From: Actinomycetes bacterium | Lineage (GTDB): Bacteria; Actinomycetota; Actinomycetes; JAHEKZ01 | Direction: 5' to 3' | Length of the DNA stretch: 64,000 bases | Assembly (NCBI GenBank): GCA_024644435.1 | Contig: JAHEKZ010000002.1 | Span: forward strand, 36,177 to 100,176 | In this document: positions 47,066 to 57,835 of the stretch, one piece after another | Position numbering within the stretch: the first letter of the stretch is position 1 | How the letters are laid out: the number at the start of each line of letters is the position of its first letter | Made by a program: the position numbers and the translations under genes | Notes under the pieces: model-generated | Seen by the model: the letters and a program-made list of their open reading frames with translations, nothing else | The model's database searches: none | Told to the model about the DNA's origin: nothing

Positions 47066-48458
47066 CGCCGGGTCGAGCATCTCGTCGGCTGCGCCGCGAC
47101 GGGTGGCTTTCGAGGTGTTGCGTGCCGTGAGCGAGAGCGACGCCTACGCCAACCTCGTGCTGCCAGACCGTCTGCGCTCGTCGGGGCTCAGCGGTCGCGA
47201 CGCCGCCTTGACGACCGAGCTGGTCTACGGCACGTTGCGGCGCAGTGGTAGCTATGACGCCATCGTCACGTCGTGCATCGACCGTCCATGGTCCAAGGTT
47301 GACCGGCCCATTCAGGACATCCTGCGCATCGGTTCCCATCAGCTGCTCGGCATGGACGTCCCGACACACGCGGCGGTTGCCACGACCGTCGAGCTGGCGA
47401 AGACCCAGGTGGGGCGAGCGAGAGCGGGATTCGTCAACGCTGTTCTGCGAAAGGTCGCTGCCCGGACCTATGACGACTGGGTCGACGTGTTGGCGACTGC
47501 CGGTGACTCTTCTCCTGCCGAGCGGCTGGCACTTCAGCACGCCCATCCGGTCTGGTTGGTCCACGAGTTCTCCGACTCGTTGGCCGCCCACGATCGTGAC
47601 CGCGATGAGGTGGGTGATCTGCTCGCCGCAGACAACCGCAGACCCCTCGTGACGCTTGTAGCGCGGCCGGGGAGGTGTACTCGGCAGGAGCTCGTCGACG
47701 CAGGGGGCCGGCTCGGTGAATGGTCATCGTTCGCCGTGGTCTGGCCGGGTGGTGACCCGGGCACCATCGCGGCTGTGCGTCAGCATCGCGCCGGGGTGCA
47801 GGACGAAGGCAGCCAGCTCGTGACGTCGGCCCTGGCCGACGCCGACGTCTCGAATGGCCGCGACCGTGAGCGATGGCTCGACATGTGCGCCGGACCCGGG
47901 GGAAAGGCAGCCCTTCTGTCGGCCATCGCAAGCGAACGAGGGGCCACGCTGGAGGCGTGGGAGATCCTTCCGCACCGGGCCACCCTCGTACGGCAGGCGG
48001 TCGGACCCAACGTGACGGTTCGGGCCGTCGATGCATCCGACCCCGAACGACTAGCAGGGCCGCACGGGTCGGAGGGGAAGTTCGACCGAGTGCTTCTGGA
48101 CGCGCCTTGTTCGGGTACGGGCGCTCTGCGACGACGGCCCGAGGCGCGCTGGCGGAAGCAACCGAGCGACCTCCCCGACTTGGTGGCCGGTCAACGTCGC
48201 CTCTTGGCGAACGCGCTCCGTCTCGTCCGCCCCGGCGGCGTGGTCGGCTATGTCACCTGCTCGCCCTTGGTGGCCGAGACCTCGGAGGTCGTCGAGTCGG
48301 TGCTGGCCGAACGGCACGACATCGAGCTCATGGATGCCAGAAGGAGCCTCCCGCCGGGGATGCCCGACCTCGGTGACGGTCCGGCGGTGCAGCTGTGGCC
48401 CCATCTACACCACACCGACGCGATGTACCTGGCTCTGCTTCGTCGAGGCAAGAACTGA
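47043..48458 (+). CDS. rsmB: 16S rRNA (cytosine967-C5)-methyltransferase (Sun/Fmu)
   Basis: NusB-like N-terminus plus SAM-MTase motifs ([20 protein letters not shown]). Start is ATG 47043 or GTG 47058, overlapping the fmt stop. Confidence 0.85.
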   Translation: MARPSVADAGSSISSAAPRRVAFEVLRAVSESDAYANLVLPDRLRSSGLSGRDAALTTELVYGTLRRSGSYDAIVTSCIDRPWSKVDRPIQDILRIGSHQLLGMDVPTHAAVATTVELAKTQVGRARAGFVNAVLRKVAARTYDDWVDVLATAGDSSPAERLALQHAHPVWLVHEFSDSLAAHDRDRDEVGDLLAADNRRPLVTLVARPGRCTRQELVDAGGRLGEWSSFAVVWPGGDPGTIAAVRQHRAGVQDEGSQLVTSALADADVSNGRDRERWLDMCAGPGGKAALLSAIASERGATLEAWEILPHRATLVRQAVGPNVTVRAVDASDPERLAGPHGSEGKFDRVLLDAPCSGTGALRRRPEARWRKQPSDLPDLVAGQRRLLANALRLVRPGGVVGYVTCSPLVAETSEVVESVLAERHDIELMDARRSLPPGMPDLGDGPAVQLWPHLHHTDAMYLALLRRGKN

Positions 48459-48588
48459 CCCGGCGCGCCTTGAGTTGGGGGCGGCGGCACTGCGGCGGGG
48501 GCTGGCACCGCTACGCTCCCGCGGTGTGGAGCCGTCCAACAACGTCCCCACCACGTCAGCCGGGCTCGATCCTGTAACTCCCGACGAC

Positions 48589-49350
48589 GTGGCGGCTGAC
48601 CTCGCCCTGGCCCTCGAGCTGGCGGATGCTGCCGCCGAGGTGACCAGGCGAGCGTTCGGTGGCCGCCAGGAGGTCACTCTCAAAGCGGACGCCACTCCCG
48701 TGACCGAGGTGGACGCGGCCGTCGAACAGCTGATCCGTGACGTGCTGCGGGTCAGGCGTCCGCACGACGGGGTCTGCGGCGAAGAGGGCGGCGAGACCCC
48801 GGGGAGCAGCGGCCGTGTCTGGGTGATCGACCCCATCGACGGCACCCAGATGTTTGCCGAGGGAATCCCGCTCTGGAGCACGCTGATCGGGCTCAGGGTC
48901 GGCGAGCAGGTCGTCGTGGGTGTGGCTGACGCACCTGTGCTGGGGGAGCGTTATCACGCCTCTCTCGGAGGCGGGGCGTTCTGCAACGGGACGCCCATCG
49001 CCGTCTCGGGCATCGACGAGCTTGGCGATGCACTCGTCCTCCATGCTCCGCTCGAAGAGTTCATCAGGAAGACCGGGCTCCCTGCGATCTCGCGGGTCAC
49101 CGAGGGCGCCCGCGTGACGCGTGGCATCGGAGACGGCTGGGCGCACCTGCTTGTCGCAAGGGGTGCGGCCGACGCGCTGGTCGAGCAGGGTCCCTGCTAC
49201 GAGTGGGACTGGTCGGCCACGAGCGTGATCGTGCATGAGGCCGGTGGCGCGCTCACGAAGCTCGAAGGGGGACCGCCCACTCCCGGATGTCACCTTTTGG
49301 TATCCAACGGCCGGCTGGACAGCGAGATCCGGAAAACGCTCCTACCCTGA
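48589..49350 (+). CDS. inositol monophosphatase-family protein (candidate histidinol-phosphatase HisN or SuhB-like)
   Basis: IMPase motifs (WVIDPIDGT, WDWSA). Start is uncertain: GTG 48589 or upstream GTG 48526. Confidence 0.7.
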   Translation: MAADLALALELADAAAEVTRRAFGGRQEVTLKADATPVTEVDAAVEQLIRDVLRVRRPHDGVCGEEGGETPGSSGRVWVIDPIDGTQMFAEGIPLWSTLIGLRVGEQVVVGVADAPVLGERYHASLGGGAFCNGTPIAVSGIDELGDALVLHAPLEEFIRKTGLPAISRVTEGARVTRGIGDGWAHLLVARGAADALVEQGPCYEWDWSATSVIVHEAGGALTKLEGGPPTPGCHLLVSNGRLDSEIRKTLLP

Positions 49351-49387
49351 ATCCCGGTGGGGGAAGTCGATCGGGAGCGGGGAGCAG

Positions 49388-50170
49388 GTGCGAGCTACTC
49401 AGTCAGTCGACCGCTTCGCGGACACTCTCGAGGCGTTGGCCGACGCGGGACGACCGCTCGGCGTCACTGAACTGGCTGCGCGGCTCACAGTGCACAAGGC
49501 CACGGCGTCACGACTCATGGCGACGATGGAGCTGCGTGGCCTGGTGCGGAGAACCGAGGACGGGTTCTTGCTTGGACCCGCACTGGCGCGGCTGGCAGCG
49601 ACGGCCGTTGCCGAGCTGGAGCTCGGTGACCTCAGCCGTCCCGTTCTCCGCGAGCTGGTCGAGGTCACCGGACAGGCGGCCTACTTGACGGTGCCGCACA
49701 GAGGCTCCGTCCTGTACGTCGAGCAGGTGACGCCACACGGTGGCGCTGTGCCCAACGACTGGACCGGCAGGCTCGGACACCTGCACTGCTCGTCCAGCGG
49801 CAAGGTCTTCGCCGCCTACGGCGCCGTCGACGATCTCGACGCCCTCTTGTCTCAGCCCCTCCCATCGCTGGCCAGTCGCACCATCACCGATCCGACCGAG
49901 TTCCGCCGGATGCTCCCGCTCGTTCGGAGGCGCGGGTACGCCTCATCGGCTGACGAGTCCGAGAACGGGCTCACGTCGGTGGCAGCCCCTGTCACGGGGC
50001 GGGACGGTGCCGTGGTGGCAGCCATCGGTGTGGGTACGGCGACATCTCGTTGCCCACCGCATCGGCTCGCGCAGCTCGGGGCGGCCGCAGTGACGGCCGC
50101 CAGCACCCTCGCCAGGCGGCTAGCCCCTCTACCTGCATCGATGTCGTCGGCCCGAACCGGAGGTTACTGA
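49388..50170 (+). CDS. IclR-family transcriptional regulator
   Basis: GTG 49388. N-terminal wHTH (LGVTELAARLTVHKATASRLMATM) plus IclR effector domain. Confidence 0.8.
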   Translation: MRATQSVDRFADTLEALADAGRPLGVTELAARLTVHKATASRLMATMELRGLVRRTEDGFLLGPALARLAATAVAELELGDLSRPVLRELVEVTGQAAYLTVPHRGSVLYVEQVTPHGGAVPNDWTGRLGHLHCSSSGKVFAAYGAVDDLDALLSQPLPSLASRTITDPTEFRRMLPLVRRRGYASSADESENGLTSVAAPVTGRDGAVVAAIGVGTATSRCPPHRLAQLGAAAVTAASTLARRLAPLPASMSSARTGGY

Positions 50171-50182
50171 CAATTCACCCTC

Positions 50183-50205
50183 GGTGTTGCCCTGACGGCA
50201 ACACC
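50183..50205. promoter_or_regulatory. perfect 9-bp inverted repeat GGTGTTGCC-N5-GGCAACACC (candidate IclR operator or terminator)
   Basis: Lies 13 bp after the iclR stop and about 65 bp before the ABC-transporter SBP gene. Confidence 0.4.
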
Positions 50206-50268
50206 ACGCTTGCCCCCACGTGTGCCCCGCTTAGGCTCCCGCCACACCCGCTCAACGGAGGTCGATCC

Positions 50269-52056
50269 ATGCAGCGAAACGCCCGACGACTGATTGCCGC
50301 CAGTGCCGCGGTCCTGATCGCCACGCTGGGGCTGCCCCTGGCAACGACGTCAGCGGAAGAGTCGTCAGCGCCCTCTGTCCTACGAGTGGGTGTGCCCAAC
50401 GACCTCACCTCGGCCAACCCCATGTCGCTGCGATCAGGAAGCGACTGGAACGTCGCCACGATCCAGTACGACATGATGTGGATGTTCGGGAACGACGACC
50501 TTTCGGCTCAGCCCGGGCTGGCCGAGTCGTGTGACCCGAACGAGGACAAGACGGAGTGGACGTGCACCTTCCGTGACGACGTGCTGTGGAGTGATGGTGA
50601 GCCGTTCACGTCCCAAGATGTGGCGTTCACGTTCCAGCTGATCATCGACCAGGGCATCTCGACCTACAGCGGCTACTTCACCCCGACTACGACCTTCGAG
50701 ACGCCCGACGACACCACGCTGATCTGGAAGTCGGAGACCCCGACGAACGCGCCGCTGGTGCCGCCGTGGATCTACATCATTCCCGAGCACGTCTGGGGCC
50801 AGTACGCAGACGGCGAGAAGGTTGAGCTCAAGGGCGTCGAGAACATCCCGAGCGTGACGACCGGGCCGTTCACGCTCACAGAGGTCAACCGTGGTCAGAA
50901 CTGGACGTTGGAGAAGAACCCGAACTACTGGGGCGACGAGCCGAACTTCGACGAGATCCGGTTCCAGCTCTACACCAACCAGGACGCCATGGCTCAGGCC
51001 CTGAAGAACGGCGAGATAGACGTCGCCACCTATTTCGAGACCTCCTTGCTGCCGTCGCTGGAGAGCGACCCCGATATCACCGTGCAGCGCAATGTGTCTG
51101 ACTGGTGGCTCAACCTGGCGTTCAACTTCGGCGGGCAGGGTCCCAACTCCGACCCGCTGCCTGCTCTCCAGGACAAGACGGTGCGCACAGCCATCGCGAT
51201 GGCGATCGACAAGCAGGGCATCGTCGACAAGGCCTACAACGGAGCGGCGACGCCCGGTACATCGCTCATTCGCGAGGTTCCCGCCCAATGGCACTACGAC
51301 GTCCCCGAAGAAGACCTGATCCCGTTCGATCCAGACGCGGCCAACGCCATGCTCGACGACGCGGGGTACAAACGCGGCGACGGCGGTGTCAGGGTGGACC
51401 CGGCCACGGGGGACCCGCTGGTGATTCGGATGCCGATCTCGCAGGAGACTGGGGGCGCGCTCACGGCCGGGCAGCTGATCGTCGGGTACCTGGACGAGAT
51501 CGGCGTCGAGGTGAAGATCTTCCCGGTCAACGAGGGGAAGATGTACTCGTACTGGAACCAGGGCGACTGGGATGCCTACATCTGGTACTGGACGGGCGAG
51601 CCCGACCCTGACTACCAGCTCTCGACACTCGACAGCAAGCAGTGCGGGAACCTGAGCGACGGATGCTGGAGCAATCCGCAGTACGACGCGCTCTTCGCCC
51701 AGCAGGAGAAGATCGTCGACCCCGAGGAGCGCCAGCCGGTCGTGTATGACGCGCTTGCCCTCTCGTACGAAGAGGTTCCGTCGATTGCTCTCGCCTACCC
51801 GAACAACGTCGAGGCCTACCGTAACGACCTGGTCACCAACTTCACACCGGTGCCAGGTGACAACGGCTACCTGATCCCGAACTACAACAACATCGGGATG
51901 GTGACGGTGCAGCCGGCGTCCGGGGCTGACTCCGCAGCCAACTCGTCGTCCACAGGAATGCCGGCGTGGGCGTGGGGCGCGATCGGTGCGGCCATCGTGT
52001 TGGGAGTCGTCCTGGTGGCCCGTCGTGGGCGCCGGGCTGATGACGACGAGGGCTGA
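50269..52056 (+). CDS. ABC transporter substrate-binding protein, family 5 (peptide/nickel type)
   Basis: ATG 50269 after GGAG. Sec signal peptide (ATTSA-EE) and SBP_bac_5 body. Unusual C-terminal hydrophobic segment plus RRGRR tail. Confidence 0.85.
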   Translation: MQRNARRLIAASAAVLIATLGLPLATTSAEESSAPSVLRVGVPNDLTSANPMSLRSGSDWNVATIQYDMMWMFGNDDLSAQPGLAESCDPNEDKTEWTCTFRDDVLWSDGEPFTSQDVAFTFQLIIDQGISTYSGYFTPTTTFETPDDTTLIWKSETPTNAPLVPPWIYIIPEHVWGQYADGEKVELKGVENIPSVTTGPFTLTEVNRGQNWTLEKNPNYWGDEPNFDEIRFQLYTNQDAMAQALKNGEIDVATYFETSLLPSLESDPDITVQRNVSDWWLNLAFNFGGQGPNSDPLPALQDKTVRTAIAMAIDKQGIVDKAYNGAATPGTSLIREVPAQWHYDVPEEDLIPFDPDAANAMLDDAGYKRGDGGVRVDPATGDPLVIRMPISQETGGALTAGQLIVGYLDEIGVEVKIFPVNEGKMYSYWNQGDWDAYIWYWTGEPDPDYQLSTLDSKQCGNLSDGCWSNPQYDALFAQQEKIVDPEERQPVVYDALALSYEEVPSIALAYPNNVEAYRNDLVTNFTPVPGDNGYLIPNYNNIGMVTVQPASGADSAANSSSTGMPAWAWGAIGAAIVLGVVLVARRGRRADDDEG

Positions 52057-52075
52057 CCATGGGGCCGGGGGCCTC

Positions 52076-53041
52076 ATGAGGTGGCGTTACCTGGGCCGCA
52101 AGGTCGGCTGGGCACTGGTCACGCTGGTCTTTGTGCTGGTCTTCAACTTCTTTCTCTTTCGCATCATGCCGGGCGACCCGGCAGGGCTCCTCGCCAGGAG
52201 CCAGCGGTTGACGGAAGCTGAGGTGGCGGAGCAACGTGCCCTCTTCGGGCTCGACGAGTCGCTGCTGAACCAGTTCGGGACGTACTTGAAGCAGACCTTG
52301 AGCGGCAACCTGGGCACGTCGTACCTCACCGGCCAGCCGGTGGTCGACACCATCACCAGTCGGCTGTGGCCCACCATCTTGTTGGTGGGGGTCGGCACGA
52401 TCATTGCGATCGTGCTCGGCCTGATGATGGGGATCCGCGGGGCCTGGACCAGAGGGTCACGCTTCGACAAGAGCAGTCTCTACGGATCGCTGACGCTCTA
52501 CTCCACCCCCGAGGGCTGGCTCGGCATGATGCTGCTCATCATCTTCGCCGGGACACTCGGCTGGTTTCCGGTCGGCGGCTACGACAGCGGCACCGGAGAC
52601 ACCGGGATAGCGCACGTGGTGGACGTGCTCAACCACCTGGTACTGCCGGCTGCGACGTTGGCTCTGGGGTACGGCGCGTCCTACATGATCGTCATGCGGT
52701 CGTCGTTGATCGAGGTCAAGGACGAGGACTTCGTGGCGACCGCCAGGGCCAAGGGCCTCACCGAGACGATGATTCGGCGCAAGCACGCGGTGCCGAATGC
52801 ATTCCTGCCCTCGTTCACCCTCATCGTTCTGAGCTTTGGTTTTGTGATCGGTGGTGCCATCGTGATCGAGACGATCTTCTCCTACCCCGGAATCGGTCAG
52901 CTGACGTACCAGGCCATCGACGCCTACGACTATCCGGTGCTCCAGGGGGTCTTTCTGGTGAGCAGTCTCGCCGTCGTCGTCGCGAACCTGTTCGCTGATA
53001 TCACGTACGGATTCCTCGATCCGCGAATCTCCGAGGTCTGA
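52076..53041 (+). CDS. ABC transporter permease (DppB/OppB-like)
   Basis: 6 TM helices with EAA-like loop. ATG 52076. Confidence 0.85.
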   Translation: MRWRYLGRKVGWALVTLVFVLVFNFFLFRIMPGDPAGLLARSQRLTEAEVAEQRALFGLDESLLNQFGTYLKQTLSGNLGTSYLTGQPVVDTITSRLWPTILLVGVGTIIAIVLGLMMGIRGAWTRGSRFDKSSLYGSLTLYSTPEGWLGMMLLIIFAGTLGWFPVGGYDSGTGDTGIAHVVDVLNHLVLPAATLALGYGASYMIVMRSSLIEVKDEDFVATARAKGLTETMIRRKHAVPNAFLPSFTLIVLSFGFVIGGAIVIETIFSYPGIGQLTYQAIDAYDYPVLQGVFLVSSLAVVVANLFADITYGFLDPRISEV

Positions 53042-53042
53042 C

Positions 53043-53963
53043 ATGACCGACACCGCCGTTGCCAAGCAGCCCGTCCCTACCGCTCGCCAACTGGTCTGGC
53101 GTCGTCGTCGACAGGCCGTCGCCCGAAACTGGCTGCTCTACCGTCACAACCGTCAGGGCATCGTCGGACTCGGCGTGATGGTCTTCTTCATCGTGCTGGC
53201 CCTGGTGTCGCCGCTTCTCGTGTCACCCGCAGACATCGAGCCGGCAACCGCTCAGGGCATCCCGAACAGCCCTCCCTACTCCGGATACCCGCTGGGAACC
53301 GACAACTTCGGACGCTCCGTGCTCGACCTGGTCATCGTGGGCTCACGGATCTCGCTGCTCGTCGGCATCACGGCGACGCTGGTCGCTGTCTTCCTCGGCG
53401 CGACCATCGGGGTGATCAGTGGCTACTACGGCGGAACCCGCCTCGATACCGGTCTCAACGCGGTGACGAACTGGTTCCTCGTGATCCCGTGGCTGGTCTT
53501 GGCGATCGTGCTCTCAGCCATCCTCGGTGCCAGTGTGTGGATCATCATCGTCGTGATCGGTGTCACGTCGTGGGCCCAGCCGGCCCGGCTGATCCGAGCC
53601 CAGGCCCTGAGTGTGCGTGAGCGTCCCTATGTCGAGCGAGCTCGCGTGCTCGGCTGCAGCGACCGCACCATCGTGGCTCGCCACATCCTGCCGAACGTGG
53701 CACCGGTCATCTTTGCCAACGCGATCCTGACGGTGGCGGTGGCGATTCTCACCGAGACAACCCTGTCCATCCTCGGTCTCGGAGATGCCACGGCCATCTC
53801 ATGGGGCGTGGTCATCGAGCAGGCGTTCAGCGCAGGCGCGATGACGAACGGCTACTGGTGGTGGCTGGTGCCTCCCGGAGTCGCCATCGTCTGCGTGACG
53901 CTCGCCTTCACGATGTGCGGCTACGCGTTGGACGAGGTGCTCAACCCCAAGCTTCGCCGCTAA
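53043..53963 (+). CDS. ABC transporter permease (DppC/OppC-like)
   Basis: 306-aa polytopic BPD_transp_1-type protein. Confidence 0.85.
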   Translation: MTDTAVAKQPVPTARQLVWRRRRQAVARNWLLYRHNRQGIVGLGVMVFFIVLALVSPLLVSPADIEPATAQGIPNSPPYSGYPLGTDNFGRSVLDLVIVGSRISLLVGITATLVAVFLGATIGVISGYYGGTRLDTGLNAVTNWFLVIPWLVLAIVLSAILGASVWIIIVVIGVTSWAQPARLIRAQALSVRERPYVERARVLGCSDRTIVARHILPNVAPVIFANAILTVAVAILTETTLSILGLGDATAISWGVVIEQAFSAGAMTNGYWWWLVPPGVAIVCVTLAFTMCGYALDEVLNPKLRR

Positions 53964-53992
53964 CTCCTGCCCACTGCGCCTAGACTGCGCGC

Positions 53993-54664
53993 GTGGGCAT
54001 CCAGATATCTCCCAGCATCCTGTCGGCCGACTTCGCGAACCTCGGGGCAGAGGTGGACTCGATCGCCGATGTGGCTGACTGGGTCCACGTCGACGTCATG
54101 GACAACCACTTCGTCCCCAACCTGACGCTGGGGCTTCCCGTCGTCGAGTCGTTGCGCAAGGTGTCGCCGCTGCCGCTCGACTGTCACCTGATGATCGAGA
54201 ACCCGGACCGTTGGGCCCCGGCCTACGCCGAGGCGGGCGCCTCCTCTGTCACCTTCCATGTAGAAGCAGCCCATGCTCCGGTGCGCCTGGCTCGTGAACT
54301 TCGGGCGCAGGGTGCCAGGGCTGGCATGGGCTTGAAGCCGGCGACTCCGATCGAACCGTACGCAGACCTGCTGCCCGAGCTCGACATGGTTCTGCTCATG
54401 ACCGTTGAGCCGGGTTTCGGCGGCCAGGCGTTCCTGGATGTCGTGCTGCCGAAGATCGCTCGGACCCGGGCACTGCTTCGCGACCGGGACTCCGCGGTGT
54501 GGCTCCAAGTTGATGGCGGCGTCTCGTCGGCGACCATCGAGCGGGCAGCCGAGGCGGGGGCAGATGTCTTCGTGGCCGGCTCGGCCGTCTTCACAGCTGA
54601 CGAGCCCGCAGCCGTGGTCTCCCACTTGCGGGCGCTGGCCGAAGCGGCGGCTGTGAGAGACTAG
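53993..54664 (+). CDS. rpe: ribulose-phosphate 3-epimerase
   Basis: GTG start. Motifs [23 protein letters not shown]. Confidence 0.9.
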   Translation: MGIQISPSILSADFANLGAEVDSIADVADWVHVDVMDNHFVPNLTLGLPVVESLRKVSPLPLDCHLMIENPDRWAPAYAEAGASSVTFHVEAAHAPVRLARELRAQGARAGMGLKPATPIEPYADLLPELDMVLLMTVEPGFGGQAFLDVVLPKIARTRALLRDRDSAVWLQVDGGVSSATIERAAEAGADVFVAGSAVFTADEPAAVVSHLRALAEAAAVRD

Positions 54665-54679
54665 GCGTCAGCAAGAACG

Positions 54680-54800
54680 CACGCTCCGGGGTCGGTGCAA
54701 CTCCGAACCGGCGGTGAAAGCCCGCGACCCGTCCGCAGCCAGCGGTCGGTTGACTCGGTGAAACTCCGAGGCCGACGGTGAAAGTCCGGATGGGAGGCGC
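54680..54800 (+). ncRNA. FMN riboswitch (RFN element) in the ribD leader
   Basis: CUCCGGGGUCGGUG...ACCGGCGGUGAAAGCCCGCGACCCG...GCCGACGGUGAAAGUCCGGAUGGGAG matches the RFN consensus blocks. Sits directly upstream of ribD-ribE-ribBA-ribH. Confidence 0.85.
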
Positions 54801-54912
54801 GTGCGGCCGGTCACCCGACCGGTCATGGTTCCGTCTCGTCGCTGGACAGCACGAGCAGAACCGCCGCAGCCTGTCGCTGTGCCCCCGGAGCCCGATGGGC
54901 GAGGAGATAGGC

Positions 54913-55959
54913 ATGGCGAGTACCGCCGAGCGCGACGCGATGACCCGTGCGCTCTCACTTGCCGCGGGCCCGGGGCCGGACACCCACCCAAATCCGCGCG
55001 TTGGCGCGGTCATCCTCGACCCCACTGGTTCGATTGTCGGATCTGGCGTGCACCGGGGGCCGGGACACCCGCACGCCGAGGTGGTCGCGCTGTCGCAAGC
55101 TGGCTCGGAGGCACGGGGCGCCACCGCGGTCGTGACACTCGAGCCGTGCCATCACACGGGGCGCACGGGGCCGTGTACAGATGCGCTGCTCGCTGCCGGA
55201 ATCGAGCGCGTGATCTACGCACAGAGTGACCCGAATCCCGTCGCGACCGGGGGAGGAATGGCGCTAGCCGCTGCCGGGGTGACAGTGGAGGCTGACGTAC
55301 GGGCTGACGAAGCGCGGGCGATCAACCCGATCTGGACATTTGCCATGGAACACCAGCGACCTCTGGTCACCTGGAAGTTCGCGTCGACGGTCGATGGCCG
55401 GGTGGCCGCACCTGATGGTTCCAGTCGATGGATCAGCGGACCAGCCTCCAGGGCCGAAGTCCATCGGCTGCGGAGGAACGCCGATGCGGTGATGGTGGGC
55501 ACGGGGACGGTCGTGGTCGATGACGCATGGCTCACCGCGCGAGATGAGAGCGGCGCGCTGTTCGACCGGCAACCGCTGAGGGTGGTGGTGGGCCACCGCG
55601 CCGTTCCGCAGACGGCACGGGTGCTCGACCCGGCCGCCGAGACCCTTGTGATGAGGACCCACGACGTGACCGACGTTCTCGAGACCCTCTTCGCGCGTGA
55701 CGTCCACCACGCTCTGCTGGAGGGCGGACCGACTCTGGCGGCGGCGTTTCTTGAGGTCGACGCCATCGATCGGGTCATCGGCTACGTCGGTCCTCGGCTG
55801 CTCGGGGACGGTCCCTCGTTGGTCGGCTCGTGGGGAGTTCACACGATGGGCCAGGCCCGGCAGCTCCGTTTCGACGAGGTTGGGCTCGTGGGTGACGACA
55901 TCTGCTGGACGGCGCGCCTGACGGCTGCGGCACCACCATTGATCAGAAAGGACCTGTGA
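54913..55959 (+). CDS. ribD: bifunctional diaminohydroxyphosphoribosylaminopyrimidine deaminase / 5-amino-6-(5-phosphoribosylamino)uracil reductase
   Basis: ATG 54913 after GAGGAG. Deaminase motifs (HAE...PCHH) plus reductase domain. The track ORF beginning at 54778 is over-extended across the riboswitch. Confidence 0.9.
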   Translation: MASTAERDAMTRALSLAAGPGPDTHPNPRVGAVILDPTGSIVGSGVHRGPGHPHAEVVALSQAGSEARGATAVVTLEPCHHTGRTGPCTDALLAAGIERVIYAQSDPNPVATGGGMALAAAGVTVEADVRADEARAINPIWTFAMEHQRPLVTWKFASTVDGRVAAPDGSSRWISGPASRAEVHRLRRNADAVMVGTGTVVVDDAWLTARDESGALFDRQPLRVVVGHRAVPQTARVLDPAAETLVMRTHDVTDVLETLFARDVHHALLEGGPTLAAAFLEVDAIDRVIGYVGPRLLGDGPSLVGSWGVHTMGQARQLRFDEVGLVGDDICWTARLTAAAPPLIRKDL

Positions 55960-56555
55960 TGTTCACCGGTATCGTCGAAGAGCTGGGTTGCATCGTCAGC
56001 GTGGAGCGCGGAGCAACCTCGGCGTGCGTCTGCATCTCTGGTCCCCTCGTCACCTCCGACGCACGGATCGGTGACTCGATCGCCGTCAACGGCGTCTGCC
56101 TCACCGTCACCAGCGTGCACGACGGGAAATTCACGGCCGATGTGATGGACGAGACCCTCCGTCGATCCAGCCTCGGTGGCCTGGAGGCCGGTAGCGGTGT
56201 CAACCTGGAGCGGCCACTCACATTGGCCGACCGACTGGGCGGACACCTCGTGCAGGGCCATGTGGACGCGACGGCGGGGTTGCTCGACCGGACTCCCGGT
56301 GAGAACTGGGAGATCGTCCGATTCGAGCTGCCTCATGCGGTCCAGCAGTATGTGGTCGAGAAGGGGTCCATCACGGTCGACGGCGTGTCGCTGACTGTGG
56401 CCGATCGTGGTGACGACTGGTTCAGCGTCAGCCTCATCCCCACCACGCTCGAGCTGACGACGCTGGGGCGCAAGAAGCCCGGCGAGCGGGTCAACCTAGA
56501 AGTTGATGTGATCGCGAAGTACGTCGAGCGAATGTTGCCAGGAGGCCGGTCATGA
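55956..56555 (+). CDS. ribE: riboflavin synthase alpha chain
   Basis: MFTGIVEE...[13 protein letters not shown] duplicated lumazine-binding repeats. Confidence 0.9.
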   Translation: MMFTGIVEELGCIVSVERGATSACVCISGPLVTSDARIGDSIAVNGVCLTVTSVHDGKFTADVMDETLRRSSLGGLEAGSGVNLERPLTLADRLGGHLVQGHVDATAGLLDRTPGENWEIVRFELPHAVQQYVVEKGSITVDGVSLTVADRGDDWFSVSLIPTTLELTTLGRKKPGERVNLEVDVIAKYVERMLPGGRS

Positions 56556-57835
56556 CGCAGGAGCCCACCCAAGAGAAGGGCGCAACGCCCGTCGTCCGTC
56601 TGGATCCAGTGGATCGGGCCATCGCCGAGATCGCAGCTGGGCGAGCTGTGGTCGTCGTCGACGACGAGGACCGCGAGAACGAGGGTGACCTGATCTTCGC
56701 GGCCCAACGTGCAACGCCTGAGCTCGCCGGATTCATGATCCGTCACACGTCAGGGGTCATCTGCGTTGCCATGACCGGACCAGATCTCGACCGGCTTGCG
56801 CTTCCCCCCATGACGATGGTCAACGAGGACCGCAAGGGCACCGCCTATGCCGTCAGTGTCGATGCCAGAGATGGGATCACGACCGGGATCTCGGGCGCCG
56901 ACCGGGCACACACGATCCGGGTGTTGGCGGACACTGCGACAGAACCGAACGAGATCACCAGACCCGGGCATGTCTTCCCGCTTCGAGCCTCCGTCGGTGG
57001 GGTTCTTCGACGCCCGGGACATACCGAGGCGGCCGTCGACCTCGCTCGGTTGGCGGGTCTCACGCCGGCCGGGGCCATCTGCGAGATCGTTCACGACGAC
57101 GGCTCGATGATGCGCGCGCCACAGCTTCGGGCCTTTGCCGACGAGCACGGGCTCACCATGATCTCGATCGCGGATCTGATTGCCTACGTTCGCCGGGCCG
57201 AACGCCAGGTCGAGCTGGTGGCCAGGACGGCGCTGCCGACCCACCACGGAGACTTCACCGCCTACGGATATCGCGACTCCATCACCGGAACCGACCATGT
57301 CGCTCTGGTGCAGGGTGACCTCGGTGATGGGCAGGACGTGCTCGTGCGCGTGCATTCGGAGTGCCTGACCGGGGACGTGCTCGGATCGACTCGCTGCGAC
57401 TGCGGCGCCCAGCTCGCCACGGCGATGAAGCGGGTTTCAGCTGAAGGACGTGGTGTCGTTCTCTACCTCCGCGGGCACGAGGGCAGAGGAATCGGCTTGT
57501 TGCACAAGCTGCGCGCCTACCAGCTTCAGGACGCAGGGGCGGACACCGTGCAGGCCAACCTTGAGCTGGGCCTCCCTGCGGACGCGCGTGACTACGGCAC
57601 GGGAGCTCAGATCCTTGCCGACCTCGGAGTACGCACGATGCGTCTGCTGACCAACAACCCGACCAAGCGGGCAGGGCTGGAGGGCTACGGGCTCACGATC
57701 GTCGGCCGCGAGCCGCTCCCGCCATCGGTGACGGCCGAGAACGTCCGCTACCTGACGACCAAACGAGACCGGATGGGGCATGAGCTACCCGATCTCGAGC
57801 CACGACCGCACACGATCACGGGGGACGACGTATGA
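56552..57835 (+). CDS. ribBA: bifunctional 3,4-dihydroxy-2-butanone-4-phosphate synthase / GTP cyclohydrolase II
   Basis: 427 aa. DHBP synthase N-domain ([11 protein letters not shown]) plus GCHII C-domain (C..C..C zinc site). Confidence 0.95.
   Translation: MTQEPTQEKGATPVVRLDPVDRAIAEIAAGRAVVVVDDEDRENEGDLIFAAQRATPELAGFMIRHTSGVICVAMTGPDLDRLALPPMTMVNEDRKGTAYAVSVDARDGITTGISGADRAHTIRVLADTATEPNEITRPGHVFPLRASVGGVLRRPGHTEAAVDLARLAGLTPAGAICEIVHDDGSMMRAPQLRAFADEHGLTMISIADLIAYVRRAERQVELVARTALPTHHGDFTAYGYRDSITGTDHVALVQGDLGDGQDVLVRVHSECLTGDVLGSTRCDCGAQLATAMKRVSAEGRGVVLYLRGHEGRGIGLLHKLRAYQLQDAGADTVQANLELGLPADARDYGTGAQILADLGVRTMRLLTNNPTKRAGLEGYGLTIVGREPLPPSVTAENVRYLTTKRDRMGHELPDLEPRPHTITGDDV

Noticed and set aside
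50434-52077. 547-aa minus-strand ORF antisense to the ABC substrate-binding protein
   Set aside because: Antisense artefact. The sense strand encodes a clear SBP_bac_5 protein.
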